Positions 1 through 13,600 of a DNA stretch of 64,000 nt are shown one piece after another. The DNA is taken from the NCBI GenBank assembly GCA_002633005.1, contig NMRA01000216.1, positions 610,473 to 674,472 of the forward strand, read 5' to 3'. Position numbers and translations under genes: made by a program. This stretch comes from Phoronis australis. Taxonomy: Eukaryota > Animalia > Phoronida. Numbering within the stretch: position 1 is the stretch's first letter; every line of letters starts with the position of its first letter. Below the pieces are notes generated by a model that was not told where the DNA came from, did not search any database, and saw only the letters and a program-made list of their open reading frames with translations.

Positions 1-49
1 ACCATCTTGCTTCCGTCTGCTGTCATCATTTACGTCTGCTTTCCTTCAG

Positions 50-3000
50 GTGACATTGTTGGTGTAGAGGTCGAATCATTTGAATCAGAAGCTGCTGTGG
101 CTTTGTTCTGCAAGAACTACCGACCAATAGGAACGCGGTTTGTCACCATACCCAATCGCACGGATTTCCTTCCAACTGTGGCACTGTATGGCAATTTTAG
201 CAGGATCGAAATCAAAATTGTCTGGCAGACACGTCTTTCCACTCCTCCCATTTTTTCTGTCGTAAGTGGTTTTTGATGAATTTGTGCTTAAAGCTTTCAT
301 GTAAATCCTGTAAACTGAGGTCATAAAGATCAGAAGTCTGTTGACATTTGTCTTTGATCTTGAGTCTTAAGTTATTATTGTTGGTACTCTGTCACTAGCA
401 TTGCTCAACAGTTGTAAAATGATTCACGATTGCATATTTGCATTGTTGTTATCAAGCATATAGGTTTCACAAAACAGGGTCCAGAAGTTGCTCTGAAGTA
501 TCTTCTCATGATTACTTAGGGTAGTATCTGCTGCTTTGTGACTGCTTTGTTACTAGGCCCTTTGTTGGTTGAGTGACACGTTTTTATTGGCTGCCCTGGT
601 CACATGACAAAGTACTCCCAAAGAACATTTTGAAATTCTGGTGTTTACTTGATATTTGTTTATGTAAGTCTATGGTAAAATATATATCGCTTAGTTAATA
701 AAGATATTAGGATATTACCACTAATTTCAATGATCTCTTAGAGTTCCAAGAATTTCAACTACAAAATTCTAGATTCAGTTGTCTAAATTTGCACAGTTAA
801 CAGCAGTGATGTCCAATTTTCTGCAACAATAAGAAATTTGTCAATGTTATATAATGTAAGTGTTTATGCTAGACAGGCTTTTGTAAACTGTCTGTACAAC
901 TAAGTAATTAATCTGAGTGCATTAATTGGCTTTAATCACTTTGTATAAAATTATAACGTGGCGTTCATTTAGCCATCACCAAGAAGTGTACTTTTGAACA
1001 GCGTCTACATATAACATCGTTATTCTCTTGCAGACTAACCTAGAACACTGGTGTCTACCAGAGGGGTCACGGGTAGACAAAGAGTGCGATATTCTGTACA
1101 TTGAAGAAGACCATAGCGACTCCAAGGTGTTGCAGGCTCCTTATAGCTTAGCCAGACGTAAGTAGCATGTGGAGCGGACTGTAACTGTAGAGGGTATAGC
1201 AAGTACTGTGAAGTGTCATCGGATTTGAACAAAAGTAATTATGTTCAAATTTGGCATTTTCCAAACGCTCACTGTGTTACCAGAAATGTTCAAAATTTCA
1301 TTGTGTGTGTTTGTTAATTTCAGCTGTACTATGTAAAGTTTTCAAGTGATCAAGAAAAACTCTTTTTGTTTACTCTTGTTGAAAATTTTGTTAAAATAAC
1401 TGGGGTTAGCAACTGATTGAGTTTGCCTAATTGCGCCTGAAGGATTTTCTTTATTTCAAATTGTATGTCTACTAGCCTTTTTCTTGTGATGTAAGAAATT
1501 TAAAACAGTGCAATATTCTTATAATCACATACGTGTGCAATAATTAATGTGGCATGCTTTTTCAGACTACAATCACTTTGAGATTCGAATCATGGAGGAG
1601 TACACCGACTCCTGTCCCCCTCCGGCCATAGCCCTGTGTACAGCCAGTCCTCTTGATCCACCTTCTACGTCAAATTTTAAACAGGATGTCATACGCTTCT
1701 GGGCTGGCACTACACGTGAGTCAATGTCTGTCCAACTGTGTGAAGGACATTTAAGAGTGTGTTGTTTCTTATAAATTAGTAGAAGATAAAAACAAAGTAC
1801 CGTTTTTTTTTTCAACTTTATTTTTGACATTAGAATGGATATCTTGTAACATGTGACTTCCTGCAGTGGGTATTCATTTTAGCGGTTTTAAAAACACTTG
1901 TTTAGAAAGTGTATTGGGTAATTATTTTTGTTGTTTTAAATCTCAAATTGCTAAGCACACAAAATCTCAATTCTTTATTTTAGAGCCTTGGTTAATTTTC
2001 TTTTTAAATTATGCTTTTATTAGCTCCATAAATGCTGTTTTGTTAAATAGCTTATATTGGCAACATTAATTTTTCAGCCGAAGGCCTCATTAAGAAGGGG
2101 GACCGCATTGGTTGGGGACTGTTGTATCCTCACAGCAAGATGGATGAGGACCAGCTGGTCATATGCTATCTGACTATCAACAGAGACGTCGCTCTCACAC
2201 GAGTGCTGTTCGAGCCACCAGGGGGATTCTTTCCTGTTGTGGTGCTCCCACCCGGAAGTAAGTATGGCAAGCGGTTTTCAAGCATTTAGTGCAGACTTAT
2301 GCAATGGAAAACTCAAACATTCACTTGGTGTCGCTATTGAAACAAGGGACCTTTCCGTAGAAATGCCCGTGTTCACATGGGTCACTTATCACACGAATGT
2401 CCCGATACAGATGAACTACTATCTGCTCTTAATCTATTCATGTATCAAAAAGAGGGACCTTTATTCCTGAGCGCCACCTAGGGAATAGCAAGTCGCTCAT
2501 TACCTTTGTTGAAGGGGTTCGAGTTTATTGCCAACTTTTGGTAGCATGTTTAAGTTCATTCACTTTCAAATTGTACGGAAAAGCATTGAAGATGACACAG
2601 TGTGAAAAGTTGTAAGTCACACATCCTGGTAATCGGGGCTTGGAATTTCCCTCTTTTAAGAGGATTTCCTCTTTTTTGGTTTCAATTTCCTCTTATTTGA
2701 TTTCCAGTTTCTTCTTTTTCACTCATTATTTTGACTTTATTCATGCAAAAACAACTATTTCAGTTAAATTTTACAACACAGAAATTATGTCTATGCCACA
2801 AGCCTATTTACTCATGGAATGATACATCACCTGGAAAATTTTCCTCTTTTATTGTCCTTGGTCATTCCAAGCCCTGGGTAATGACTGTAATATAATTTCC
2901 CTGACAGTAAGTTCCAGAAGTTGTGACTAATAATTTCTTGAATCTAGTGAATTCATCTGCATGAATGGTAATGTCATCTAAAGTAAGAGGACAGGTATTT

Positions 3001-4463
3001 TACATATTTTATCGTAAAAGTCACTTACATGGCTCCTAGATTTTGAGAACCATTTTTCTCAACTGAATAACGGACATCAAACTAGTCCTGAAATCAGGGG
3101 TCCTCTGTAAGTGACTATTGCCATTTTGTAATTTTAAACTGGATTTTTTTATTTGTAAATCAAAACAGATACTGAATCTAATAAGATTTGGGGGTCTATA
3201 AACATATCTATGTATGATACCGAGTGAGCACACAAGTTGTATTCAGTCATGCGAGTTCATAGAATCACGTGCAATTAGTGATCAGATAGTTATGTAAGAC
3301 AATGAAAGCAGTTCATTGATACATTTGTATCAATTGGTGTTGTTCAATATTAATTTTAGGAAAATGTGAACACTATCATAGTAATTTTGTTTCTTTCATG
3401 TGTTAAGTGTGGCTTTCTTAACATGCCTTGATCATAGAGATAATTCAGTAATTGTTCAAGATCTGTCAGAACACATAGCCATTACTTTTCTGAGATCAGA
3501 TAAGTCATTTTGATTCACACAATCTGTCTGAACCATGGTGTTGTGCTGCATTCAGTTGCATGCAGTAAACATCATGTTTCCCCTGTAAAGTAATAGACAA
3601 GATGACATCCAGACACCTGTTATTCGTTATTCTATGGAAATGTCTGGCTGTAACTGAGGTACTGATGTCAGCTAAGGCTGGTCCTACCCAAGTTACAGTG
3701 GAGTTACCTGTCTCGGGTGAAATCTTGGCACTGATACATAATAAATTAATATCTATCGTCTTGACACATCCTCTTTTCAGTTTCACTGTACTGTGCAGGA
3801 AGCCACAAGTAAATAGGGCAAGTGTTGATTATTATTGTGTATTGATCAGTTTTGAATTTTTGTATTGACTTTAACCAAATCATAGCTTTGGGAGTACACC
3901 AGACAATAGCTGTTAAGGCTGCATGTAAAAATTTGTTTTACATTGTAATTGTTCTTGGGATATGAAATGTAATCACAGTGCAATGTTCAGTTCTGTCAGT
4001 TCTCATTATCCAACTGTCTTTTTCAGCAAACAAGGTAAAGATGGACTTCAGTGCCACTGTTATCCGTGAACACCCCTTTACACCACTAGCAATTAGTTTG
4101 TTATTGGATGAGGCCAGGAAATTAATAGTTGAAGAAAAGAACAGCATGGCTTCAGGCAAGGAAGGGAGCAGTGAATCTAAACTGTCCAAACAGTTGTTTC
4201 GTCCAATTCCTGCAGAGGCCGCTGCTGGAGACAAGGGAGATAAGTTCCAGGATCAGACAATAAAGGAACGCAAAGATCCGAGAATGGTGGACGTTGTTGA
4301 GCAAGTGACTCATAAAAAAGATCAGCCAATAGATGGCTCTGGTGAACAATGCAAATCTACTGGTGGCGGTGGAGAGAATCCGCCACGAAAAAGAGAATTG
4401 ATTGACAAATACAGAAGCAGGATGGTTGAAAAACAGCGATCAAAAACGTGTGTCATTTTATGA
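50..4463 (+). CDS. 3' part of a SPRY-domain protein (SPRYD3-like, tandem SPRY domains) with a C-terminal extension ending in CaaX; the 5' end lies upstream of the window
   Basis: Frame-consistent GT-AG exons at 50-261, 1034-1157, 1566-1715, 2078-2257 and 4027-4463 (stop). The translation has SPRY hallmarks twice: GDIVGVEV...LFCKN...FLPTVAL, and HFEIRI...KKGDRIGWGL...PPGGFFPVV...KVKMDF, resembling SPRYD3 as I recall it. It ends ...KQRSKTCVIL*. Confidence 0.75.
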
Positions 4464-5333
4464 TTTGTGGGTCATGGCCATCAGCTTGGAATCTCTGTAT
4501 TTTACGTGTGGTCTGGAGAAACCAACATGGTGTAATAATAATCTTGTTTGAAGCATTCAAAATGTCAATATTTTTACAAGTGAATCAATCTAACAAATTT
4601 GGTTTTGCAACAGAGGGCGAGTGATGACTATTTATAAATGAAATGATGGGAGAAGTAAAAAATTCGCCTCTAGAGAGGAGAGATGCTATTGAAAAATGCT
4701 ATTTTCATCTTAATTTGTAAGTTAAAATGATAGAAATAGTGATTAAAAATCCCTTATTGTTTTGAGCATCTTAGTTGCCCTGTTGACTATATTGTAAAGT
4801 GAATGATCAAGTTTTATACTGTTGCTAGGAAGTTAGGAGATAGGTCTACTCAGGGACAAAAACACACTAGTTGTCTTCTGATTGTTCTGTAATTGTCCAG
4901 TTGACTTTATAATCGTGTCCGTTTTAAAGATCAAGGTAGGTTTGTACTCCATCTAAATGTCCCATGTCATTCAGTTTTTTTTTGTACAGCGTGTTGCCTT
5001 TTACCTTGTCATGTTAACAAATCATGTTCACATCCATGTTTTAGAAACATTCCACTGCAAAATGTTCTCTCTCTTCAAAGTTTAGTATTTTCTTTGATAA
5101 TGAGGAGAATAATTCCAATAATCTCATTACCATTTGGAGATGTTTTCCACTCATTTGTTCTATGTTTTCCTTGTATCAAAGCAGCAACTTTGCTCTGTCA
5201 GTTTATTTTAACTAAATACTTTTGTCTGTGATCAGTGATATTTGTGTGTTGTTTCAGAATTGTTTCTCATCTAACAGTGTTGTCATGTCTCATTTCTGAG
5301 AGTAAAAACTTGTGGTGGTCACTTTGGTTAAAC

Positions 5334-5713
5334 GCCCTGTCGACACATTCCGAATTTTCGTATACAACTTTGCACTAAAAATTTGAATACGGTATGGGAG
5401 TCTTTAGATGGTTCCATTCCGGGCTTGTCTATTCAGAATTCAAAGGGGGTAATAAAACAATTGTTCTCAACCAGGACCATAAACCTTTTGTTATGCTCAG
5501 CGTTTATAACTGGGACAGTTGTATGGCTAAGAGCAAGCATGTCAATTTCAGAAGGCCTATTGTGTGTGAAGAACGCCCATGTTATGTACAACCATCTGCA
5601 AATTCTAAGCCACTATCGGGACTAGTTATCCCCTCCAAGCCCATAATGCCAAAAGTCCAATATGTAGTCTGATATGATACCGTGTATGCAAAATCAGTAT
5701 GTGTAGACAGTGC
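5334..5713. mobile_element. MITE with ~30-bp imperfect terminal inverted repeats
   Basis: Left end GCCCTGTCGACACATTCCGAATTTTCGTATAC; reverse complement of the right end GCACTGTCTACACATACTGATTTTGCATAC. Confidence 0.5.
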
Positions 5714-6547
5714 TAGCATTGTTTCTTCAAAATTGTGGTGGTTACATGTTGTTCATTAGGTGGATAATTGTTGTCTGACATTTGACTGAATTGATTCCAA
5801 ACAAACTTGGGAACCTTGGGAATATTTGCTTCCGATTTGCCACTTAATGTTTGTAAGTACTCAGGTGTCCCCTTTTACACTATAAAGCAGTTACACTTGC
5901 CGTCGTTTGAAGCCAAGGTCCATGTTATTCCACGTTTTTGAAAATGCTTTGAAATCCATTTTCAAGGACTGTCATAAGCAAACATGTCATGAATGAGATG
6001 GTGTACAAATAAGCAGCTGTTAACAGCATTTTTTGTTCATCTTCTAGTAAATAGAGCGAAAAAGTCTCCTTACCAATTGTACACGTCATTAGGTAACACA
6101 ATTTTAGTCACAAATGGACCAGAAGTGACTTACTGCGTCAAGTGCAGGTCATAAGTACTCATTCCAAAATCTGGAGGAAAAATTATTTCTTAGTTGGGTA
6201 AGAGCCAGTTCAAAGTCAAGTGTCGGAGCAAATGATCTTGAATACTGCTTAATTTGTATTCATCGAATTTGTTTGGTGTGCTGAATATGAATTTTGTCAA
6301 AGTTTGCTGAAAGAATCTCATTAATATGCACATATTACTTTATAATTTTGTAGTCATGTTGTTACAAGCCATCATTCCAATACAAATGTGCCAAGGTAAC
6401 CATGGCAAGATGTCTAAGGTCGGAATTTGTTTATCGAGTGTACGAAAATTGTTTTAATGCCATAGAACATTATGTTGCAAAGTAAACTATCTGGTGAATT
6501 GGATGCTTTCGTTATTGTTGTTCAAGCCAACTTACGGTAGACGTTAA

Positions 6548-7033
6548 GGTTATATAGGATCATGAAAAATTTGGCTTCGGAACGTCATATCCCAGAAAGG
6601 ACTGACCTTCATGCGAAGTTTTCAGATATCATACCTAATGCACTGTTCTCCAAAACACTGTTAAGAAATGCTTTTAAAATATTTCACTTATTCATTAGGG
6701 CTAGCAAACAGGAGTTTAATGATTTTTATGCAAACGACAAAAAATTGAAAAAAAAAACTGTTAGTGTTTTTGAGACTTCCTTTTTAGTACAATTATATCA
6801 AGTGAGATTCGCTGTTATTGATATCGTTGTTTTGCTAAGAATGCACCTTTCTTTTTTGCTAACTTTATTAAAACACATGACAAAGAGACCCAATTAATGG
6901 CAGATTGGTATAAAGTCAAAAATCAAATTCTACATCTTTTTCTTTCAGAAGAAATATTTTTTGTCGAGGTACAATCTTAAGTTTTCTACATATCTGGCTT
7001 AATACAGTTTTGTCCATGCGATCTTACATTACC
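6548..7033. mobile_element. TTAA-flanked non-autonomous DNA transposon (Kolobok-like MITE family), copy
   Basis: Starts TTAA|GGTTATATAGGAT. The internal motif TGGCAGATTGGTATAAAGTCAAAAATCAAATTCT is shared with copies near 14.1, 39.6 (reverse) and 57.3 kb. Confidence 0.5.
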
Positions 7034-7175
7034 TCAAGCGTTCATGAAAATAGCATCCGATCAGAAATACGTTTCTTTGTCTTTTGTCACACATTGGTCT
7101 CACCTGCCATTTGTCACCTATGGCATTTTTTGTAATTTAATTAGCTCATTTCCATGATTACAAGCACCAAAAGCT

Positions 7176-7181
7176 TTTATT
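7176..7181 (-). terminator. Candidate polyadenylation signal of the ENPP gene (implies a ~3.3 kb 3'UTR)
   Basis: AATAAA on the minus strand at the end of a stretch (7.2-10.4 kb) that is T/G-rich on the minus strand. Confidence 0.35.
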
Positions 7182-10100
7182 CAATTGAAGATTGTTTCAC
7201 ACAACCCAAACTGACAAGAATACAATAAAATAAACGAGCAATGCAGAGTGTTGGTATGTACACACTATCCATTTGCATTGCAAAGAGATAATCATCAACA
7301 GAGGGCGCAACACTAATGAACTTCATATAGCCTCCTGGGGGTGCAAAACATGTTAGCAGATGGCAGGTGTGTTCCTATTGAGGAAAGTATTGCTGACTTG
7401 TCTTGCATCCTACTTCTATTAGCATAAAAGTCTGGTGAACAACTCGAAAATGAGGTCATTTGGTCAGAATTTTTACCGAACTAAGCACAAGCCAATTTGT
7501 ATACAAATTTTCAAATCTCTCATTATCCATGATTTTTCTGAAACAAATCTTTATTTTGCTGAAACCTCTGATAGTCCATATCCTGTTTGGATAACCAGAT
7601 CAAAGCATACCTCAATAGGAACACACCCGCTATCGTGACTCCTCGAGCAATTTGGAGGATAAGAAGGCGGATAATGAAAATTAAGAAATAATAAAAGGGC
7701 CATTAGCGGCACAGGTGATGCCATTTCCGTAACAGCAATTACACGAACATATTTCAAGTAACTTAGTAGATACTGTGACAAACGCAAAACTAAAATTGCC
7801 ACTTGGAGACTCCACAGTTGTCAGATTTGTCCCCAAATCCTGGTGAGTTGTACTGTCCTCAATTGATAAAAACAAATACCAAATTTCATGAAGATCCACA
7901 ACAGAACTTGGTGGAGATTGAGTTACATACAAATACATGGTCACATAAAAATCTATGCAGCAAGTTTTATTCCACAAAAATTCCTTCAAGTTAGAATCCA
8001 AGTACCATAATCCTCCACTTAATAATTACAAAAATTGTCATTTTTCCCATCTTTCAAAGGCTGTTTACCAAAACATTGTTTTATGACATCTAAATAGCGG
8101 CTGATAAATAAAATAAATTAAAAATTTCTTATTCTATGCTTTTGTGGAAAAAATTGACAAAATAAAATTTAGCTTGTCCGCCATATTGTGTGTTAAATAA
8201 AAGAACTGTTAAATTTGCTGCACGTTACGTATCAAAAACAAAAGACAAGGAAGCATTCAACAAAGCCAGTACATTGCCAGTTAGCAAGATCTCATTCATA
8301 GTACATACGGTGCAGTAGAACTGATCAAGCACAACAACTAACTGAAAAGTTATTGGATGGCAAGTCAGCAAGTTGAATTATGGGAGTTACTGGTATGACA
8401 ACACCAACAATCCTCACTATTTTAGTTACATAAAGCAAAATATCTTCCCTCAAGTACCTTGCAAATGACTAAAATTACTGAATGCCTCCCAGGTAATCCG
8501 ACACCACTATGCCCTCGATAATAAATACTGAAGAATATTGAATACCGATGTCTTCAAATGTTCCACTCAAAAATCTAGAACTAATTACAGTTGCATAACT
8601 TTGTACAGTGACAATTTGTACACTTCAACACTAAGAGTTATTAAAAAAGATCATTCCATTGGCTTTAAACTTGCCTTTAGGGAATTTACCATGATAAAAC
8701 TTCTTTTTTACTCAGATTTGAGATACGATCTGAGAGTTTTACTGCTCGAGTTCAGACTTATCAAGTTGCCTGAAACGTTATTTCATGCCTCAAGCATGGT
8801 CTCAAATTATCAGTTTGTCCCTTGTTTAGAAACCAATCCTCGTCTGAGTAAGAACAAGTCGATACCAATTTTGACCAATAAGTTGTCTAAATCTAAAATT
8901 GGTTTCATAATTTGATGGTCAAAGGCAGGCTTGTATCTCATTTAACATTAATCAGACGAGTGCAACAATCTACAACATTTGCAATAATCTCTTTAGATTC
9001 TGAAGTTTTTCAGAAACACTACACCATGCCTTTGCATCATTCACCCGTCTAGGTTTGACACACACAACCCCTAACAGAGATTCCCCTTGCACATTGCTAC
9101 CATAACACACACACAAATATTGCATATCAGATCAGATCAGATACAACCCTGAGACACCACATGAGCAACAGCTGTGCAGTCTCTGAATAAATAATTAACA
9201 TTATCAACGCATTAACAAAAAACAACACGAGACAGGAAAAATAAATATACCTTCACCCCATTGCCATAACAAGAACGGTGGTAGTATCAAGAAGAAGTAA
9301 GTTAGTTTAATAAAAATGTTTAACTCTTAACTAAAACGTTTCATTTTCTTGGAAGTTGACAACTCTTCTAAATTCAGACAAGTTTTCTGGAACTGAAGCG
9401 GAGAACTTGTCATTTCAAACAGGAGTACAAAAACAGACAATAAAAAAACATTTTAAAACATTCCACAACTATTTAATTGAAGACCAAAAGCTATGCTTCA
9501 CATGCAAAAACATATAATCTGAGACTTCATCGCATATTGATAAAAGTTTCCAAAAGCAACTAGTAAACAGAAACATGAAACAAATTTCACTCATGGCTCA
9601 GATCTTTAAACAGCGTCAACCAACTTAAACAGCACAAATCTCCCTGAGGAAATGTCCACTGTAATGTACGAAACTAGACTGTCGTTGGTGAGGCTAACTT
9701 TACATTTTTGTAGTCTGTTTCAATCAGACAACATCACTACTTTAAAGGCCACTTTACACCCACAACGCTCAACTGCCCAGTAGTGTAGCCACGATTTGAA
9801 CCCCTATTTTCATGATCACATGAGAGTCCACAGTTCAAACTACTGAACAACACTTCTGGCAACTGACAAAAAATCAACTTAACTTTGCAATGCAGCATCC
9901 AACACACATTTCCATTTAAGAATTACATCGACTGTAAAATTTCACTAATTTCAGAAAACAATAATTGCCCAAATTCACATTTTTTCAATTTTCACGGTTT
10001 TAGCAGTGCTGTGAATGCCCACAGTTTTTCAAAATATTTTTTCAAGGTAGTTGTAGAACAGAGCTTGGAAATGGTATAGCATCTAAATTTGAAACTATTT

Positions 10101-10455
10101 AACTTTTATGAGAAATTAAAAATAAAAGCAATTTCCCTTATCCGCTATATTGTGTCCTAAATTGGGAGAAGCTTACAGTATTCAATGTACTACAAACATA
10201 ATATTGTTTTCTGTTTGCAGATGGAATAAACAATGGGTAATGACACACCGTGTTCTTCCACTTTGGCTACATAGAACAGTATTTCCTCCTTCCTGACTTT
10301 ATGGAAATTTACTTGTTATATACGGTACTGTTAAGATGAACAGCTACTGTCAGACAGTGAATTTCAACTTGTACTCAACCGTCACGCAGAGGGCACTCCA
10401 AGCCATTATAACGGATTCCTTTTGGAGTGTGCTGTACACGACCATGACACAATGG

Positions 10456-10643
10456 TTATGCATCATCTTCCTCCTCTTCTATGTCAGAGTTGACCAATCG
10501 CAGGAGACCTTGCACTTCCATATGGACGTCATGTCGTAGTGGATTTATCTGTACGATGTGCGTTGGCTTTGGGCGACACTGCAGAATAGCACCAATGATG
10601 ATGAGGGTGGTGAACCCGCCACACATGATGAAGACAGATGTGT
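10456..10643 (-). CDS. ENPP4: ENPP4/5-like terminal exon (transmembrane helix and cytoplasmic tail)
   Basis: Acceptor TTTCCAG and phase match the preceding exon. Encodes YTSVFIMCGGFTTLIIIGAILQC...EVQGLL...EEEEDDA*. Confidence 0.75.
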
Positions 10644-13600
10644 CTGGAAAGCAATTATGTACAGCTATTACCAATCAGACAACAATAAAGCAATCAAGTC
10701 AAACAATGATTGGCTAAGAAAATGGTCCATTCAAGACCTTCGCCCTGCTCACGCTCATATATGGTCAAAACACAAGGTCAAAGGTAGTGTTTGGGTACAA
10801 GAAAAGTGAGATGCACAGATGCACATTTTTGACTTAAACCCTCACATCGATGGCAGATGGCGCTTTAAAGCCTAACTTCAACAGAATTTTGTTATTTTAG
10901 ATGTATTAGGCTAACCATATAGTCCAAGCAAAGCCATTAAGTAAAATAAGAAAACCCGAGTTCAATCACGCAAATGTAAGCCCACCAAATGATAGGTGAA
11001 GCTGCCTTTTGGTGCCATGTTGAGTCACCGCGCGATCCCAGCACAAACAACAAAAGGCCGATAACATTTATGTTGAATGGGGGTTATAGCGTGTGGGTGT
11101 TATTCGCAGCTGTTTGAATTAGAAGGTGATTCTCATGGTGACGTACACAATGAAAGCAAGCCAATACACCTAATAGTCCGTTACATTTGGCAATTAATGG
11201 CACTAGTGGGCTCAGAGCGACGCTCTTAACATACTGTAGGAACCAAATTTTTGGGTGTTACTGTTTAAGGTAGGCTTTAAAGTCACCAATAAACTGGATG
11301 TCGACAAACTATCATGCTTATAGTATGATAACTCTCCAAATATTTCGCGCAAAAATAATTGACAAAATCCTCATTATTTTATATTTCAAAGTTTGATTAA
11401 CTTGCCGCAAATAATCAAAGCTTCAGTTTAATCACCAAATTTTGCTTTGCAACATCTACACAGTACAAACCATGAATGCAATAACCAACAATTTTCTTAA
11501 TCTTAATTTTTGTGGAGATTTTTTTAAAATAGAATTTCACTTGACGGCCATATTATAAGCAATAGTCGAATATAACATGCCTGTATTTTGAGAACCAGTT
11601 TGATGTCGATATTCAGTGGAGAAAACTGGTTCTCAAAATGCGAGCACGTTATATCCGACCATTACTTAGGTAGTGTGTAGAAGTGAAAAATTACTGCAAC
11701 CCTTATAATTAAGTTCCACTGAACTTACATGTACTAATAAGTAACGTGATTGACTTCATTGAGGACGTGGGCAGTGCACTGTTCTCCCTCAGTAAGTGTT
11801 TCACATTATCCAGGGAACCATTATTGGCTGCTGGTTTCAGATCAAGTATATGGCACATTAAAGGGTAGATGTCTACATTGTTAAATGGTTCAGCAATGAT
11901 TCCCTTCTTAAACGCAGGCCCCCTCGCCAGGAAGAACGGATGCATATCGCTGAACTCGTTACTCCAGCCGTGGTCACCTGCAAATGACAAATTTATGTAG
12001 TTCCTGTAAACTTCAAAAATCATTAACATACATTAGGTGGAGTAAAGTTCAAATCAATTTTGATTCCATAGGATTTTGCTTCGGATCAAAACTCTTTCAT
12101 CATTTTCAAAAACCCGTTAAAGGGATGAAAGTTTTGTTTGACGCAATTTGTTTCCTGTTACAAATACATTTTAACAGTTAAGTTATTGACAAGTTAAATC
12201 CATGCTCAAATCGTTGAACCACGGTTCCTTGCATAAAAAGAAGCCTTAGTACACAAAGAGGTAATTAAAAATCAAAATGAATGGATAGTTTATTAACTTG
12301 ATAAACCAATTAATTGACCTTGCACTTCCTAAATGTTTTTTGGAGTCTCCAGTAGTATTGCATGGTAAATTTCCCATCTCCAAAACTGCGTTGTTTGTTT
12401 GCCATTCCTGTGCAAACAGAGCACATGATGGTTTATGCGCCTAATTTCACAGCAAGAAGTAACCTACAGGAAGAGGGGACGCAGAGACCAAATTTGAAAT
12501 CTAATTGTTGTGCTTAGGTGCGAGTCCATTTTTGAGACTTCCTTTATTGCAGAAAATATTTCAAAACATAAGTGACATGAATACCATAGTTACAGAATAC
12601 AATATCGGCCAACAAGCAGTTGTTTAATTGTGTTTTGAATCATGTTGTTGGATATCATAAACATGCTGGAGTCAAGTGAGGAGTGTTTATCTCTTGGTGA
12701 TGGAATGGAATAGGAAGTAGCTAATAGCCACTTCCTGGAATACCACAGCGCCCTCTTTGGTAGTGCAGTAATTACCCACAATGTTGACCATCTGCAGGGC
12801 ACCAACCCGCAGTTACACTCTGCTGCACTGCTAATCAATAATTTACATTTGGTAAAATGTCTCCAACTTCGGACAAAATTAATCGTCAAAATTGGCCTTT
12901 CTCATTTTCAGGGGGCTTCTAACATTGCAACAGTTGTGAAAGGACAGTTTTTCAAAAATTTTTGATCGTACAAAACTTGAACACAGAATTGATGCTGCAA
13001 ATGTTGGATTAAAAAACAATGAAATAAAATTTCACTCGTCAGACATATTGTGTCCTAAACAGGTGAGATTTTACCATAAGATTAGCTTGCTTTGTTATTT
13101 GTCATACTGCTGCATAGTAATAGCGCAAATGAATGATAAACCATTTTCCACTTGTCCAACTCGGCTCAAACGTGTACGTGCCACTGGCCCTATCTTTTGA
13201 AAGTTAGGTCAATTGTGCAATGAGTTTTTCTATCTTTGCAAAAAGACAGTTGAGTCTGGGATGTTAGGATTAACTGTTATTTGAATTGTTTTACATCACT
13301 CTAAGGTCTTAGTTGTGAACAAATGTTTCTTATCTTCTCACAGTTTGAGAAATACTCAGCATTACTTTTAAAATGCATGAGAGGGTACCATATTGAAAAG
13401 ATTCACAAGACAGGCGTAATTGCGCAGATGCTTAATGAAGATTATCATTGATACAGTTGAGATGAGTCTTTCCAGAATTTTCAATATAATTTTTCACGTC
13501 AGTTGTAAATGCTGGTAGTGACTGACCATTAGACATGGTGGTACAGTTAATGCCTACTCATCTCCAACATGGATATGAGGGTTACTCCCTCCCGCACGAT

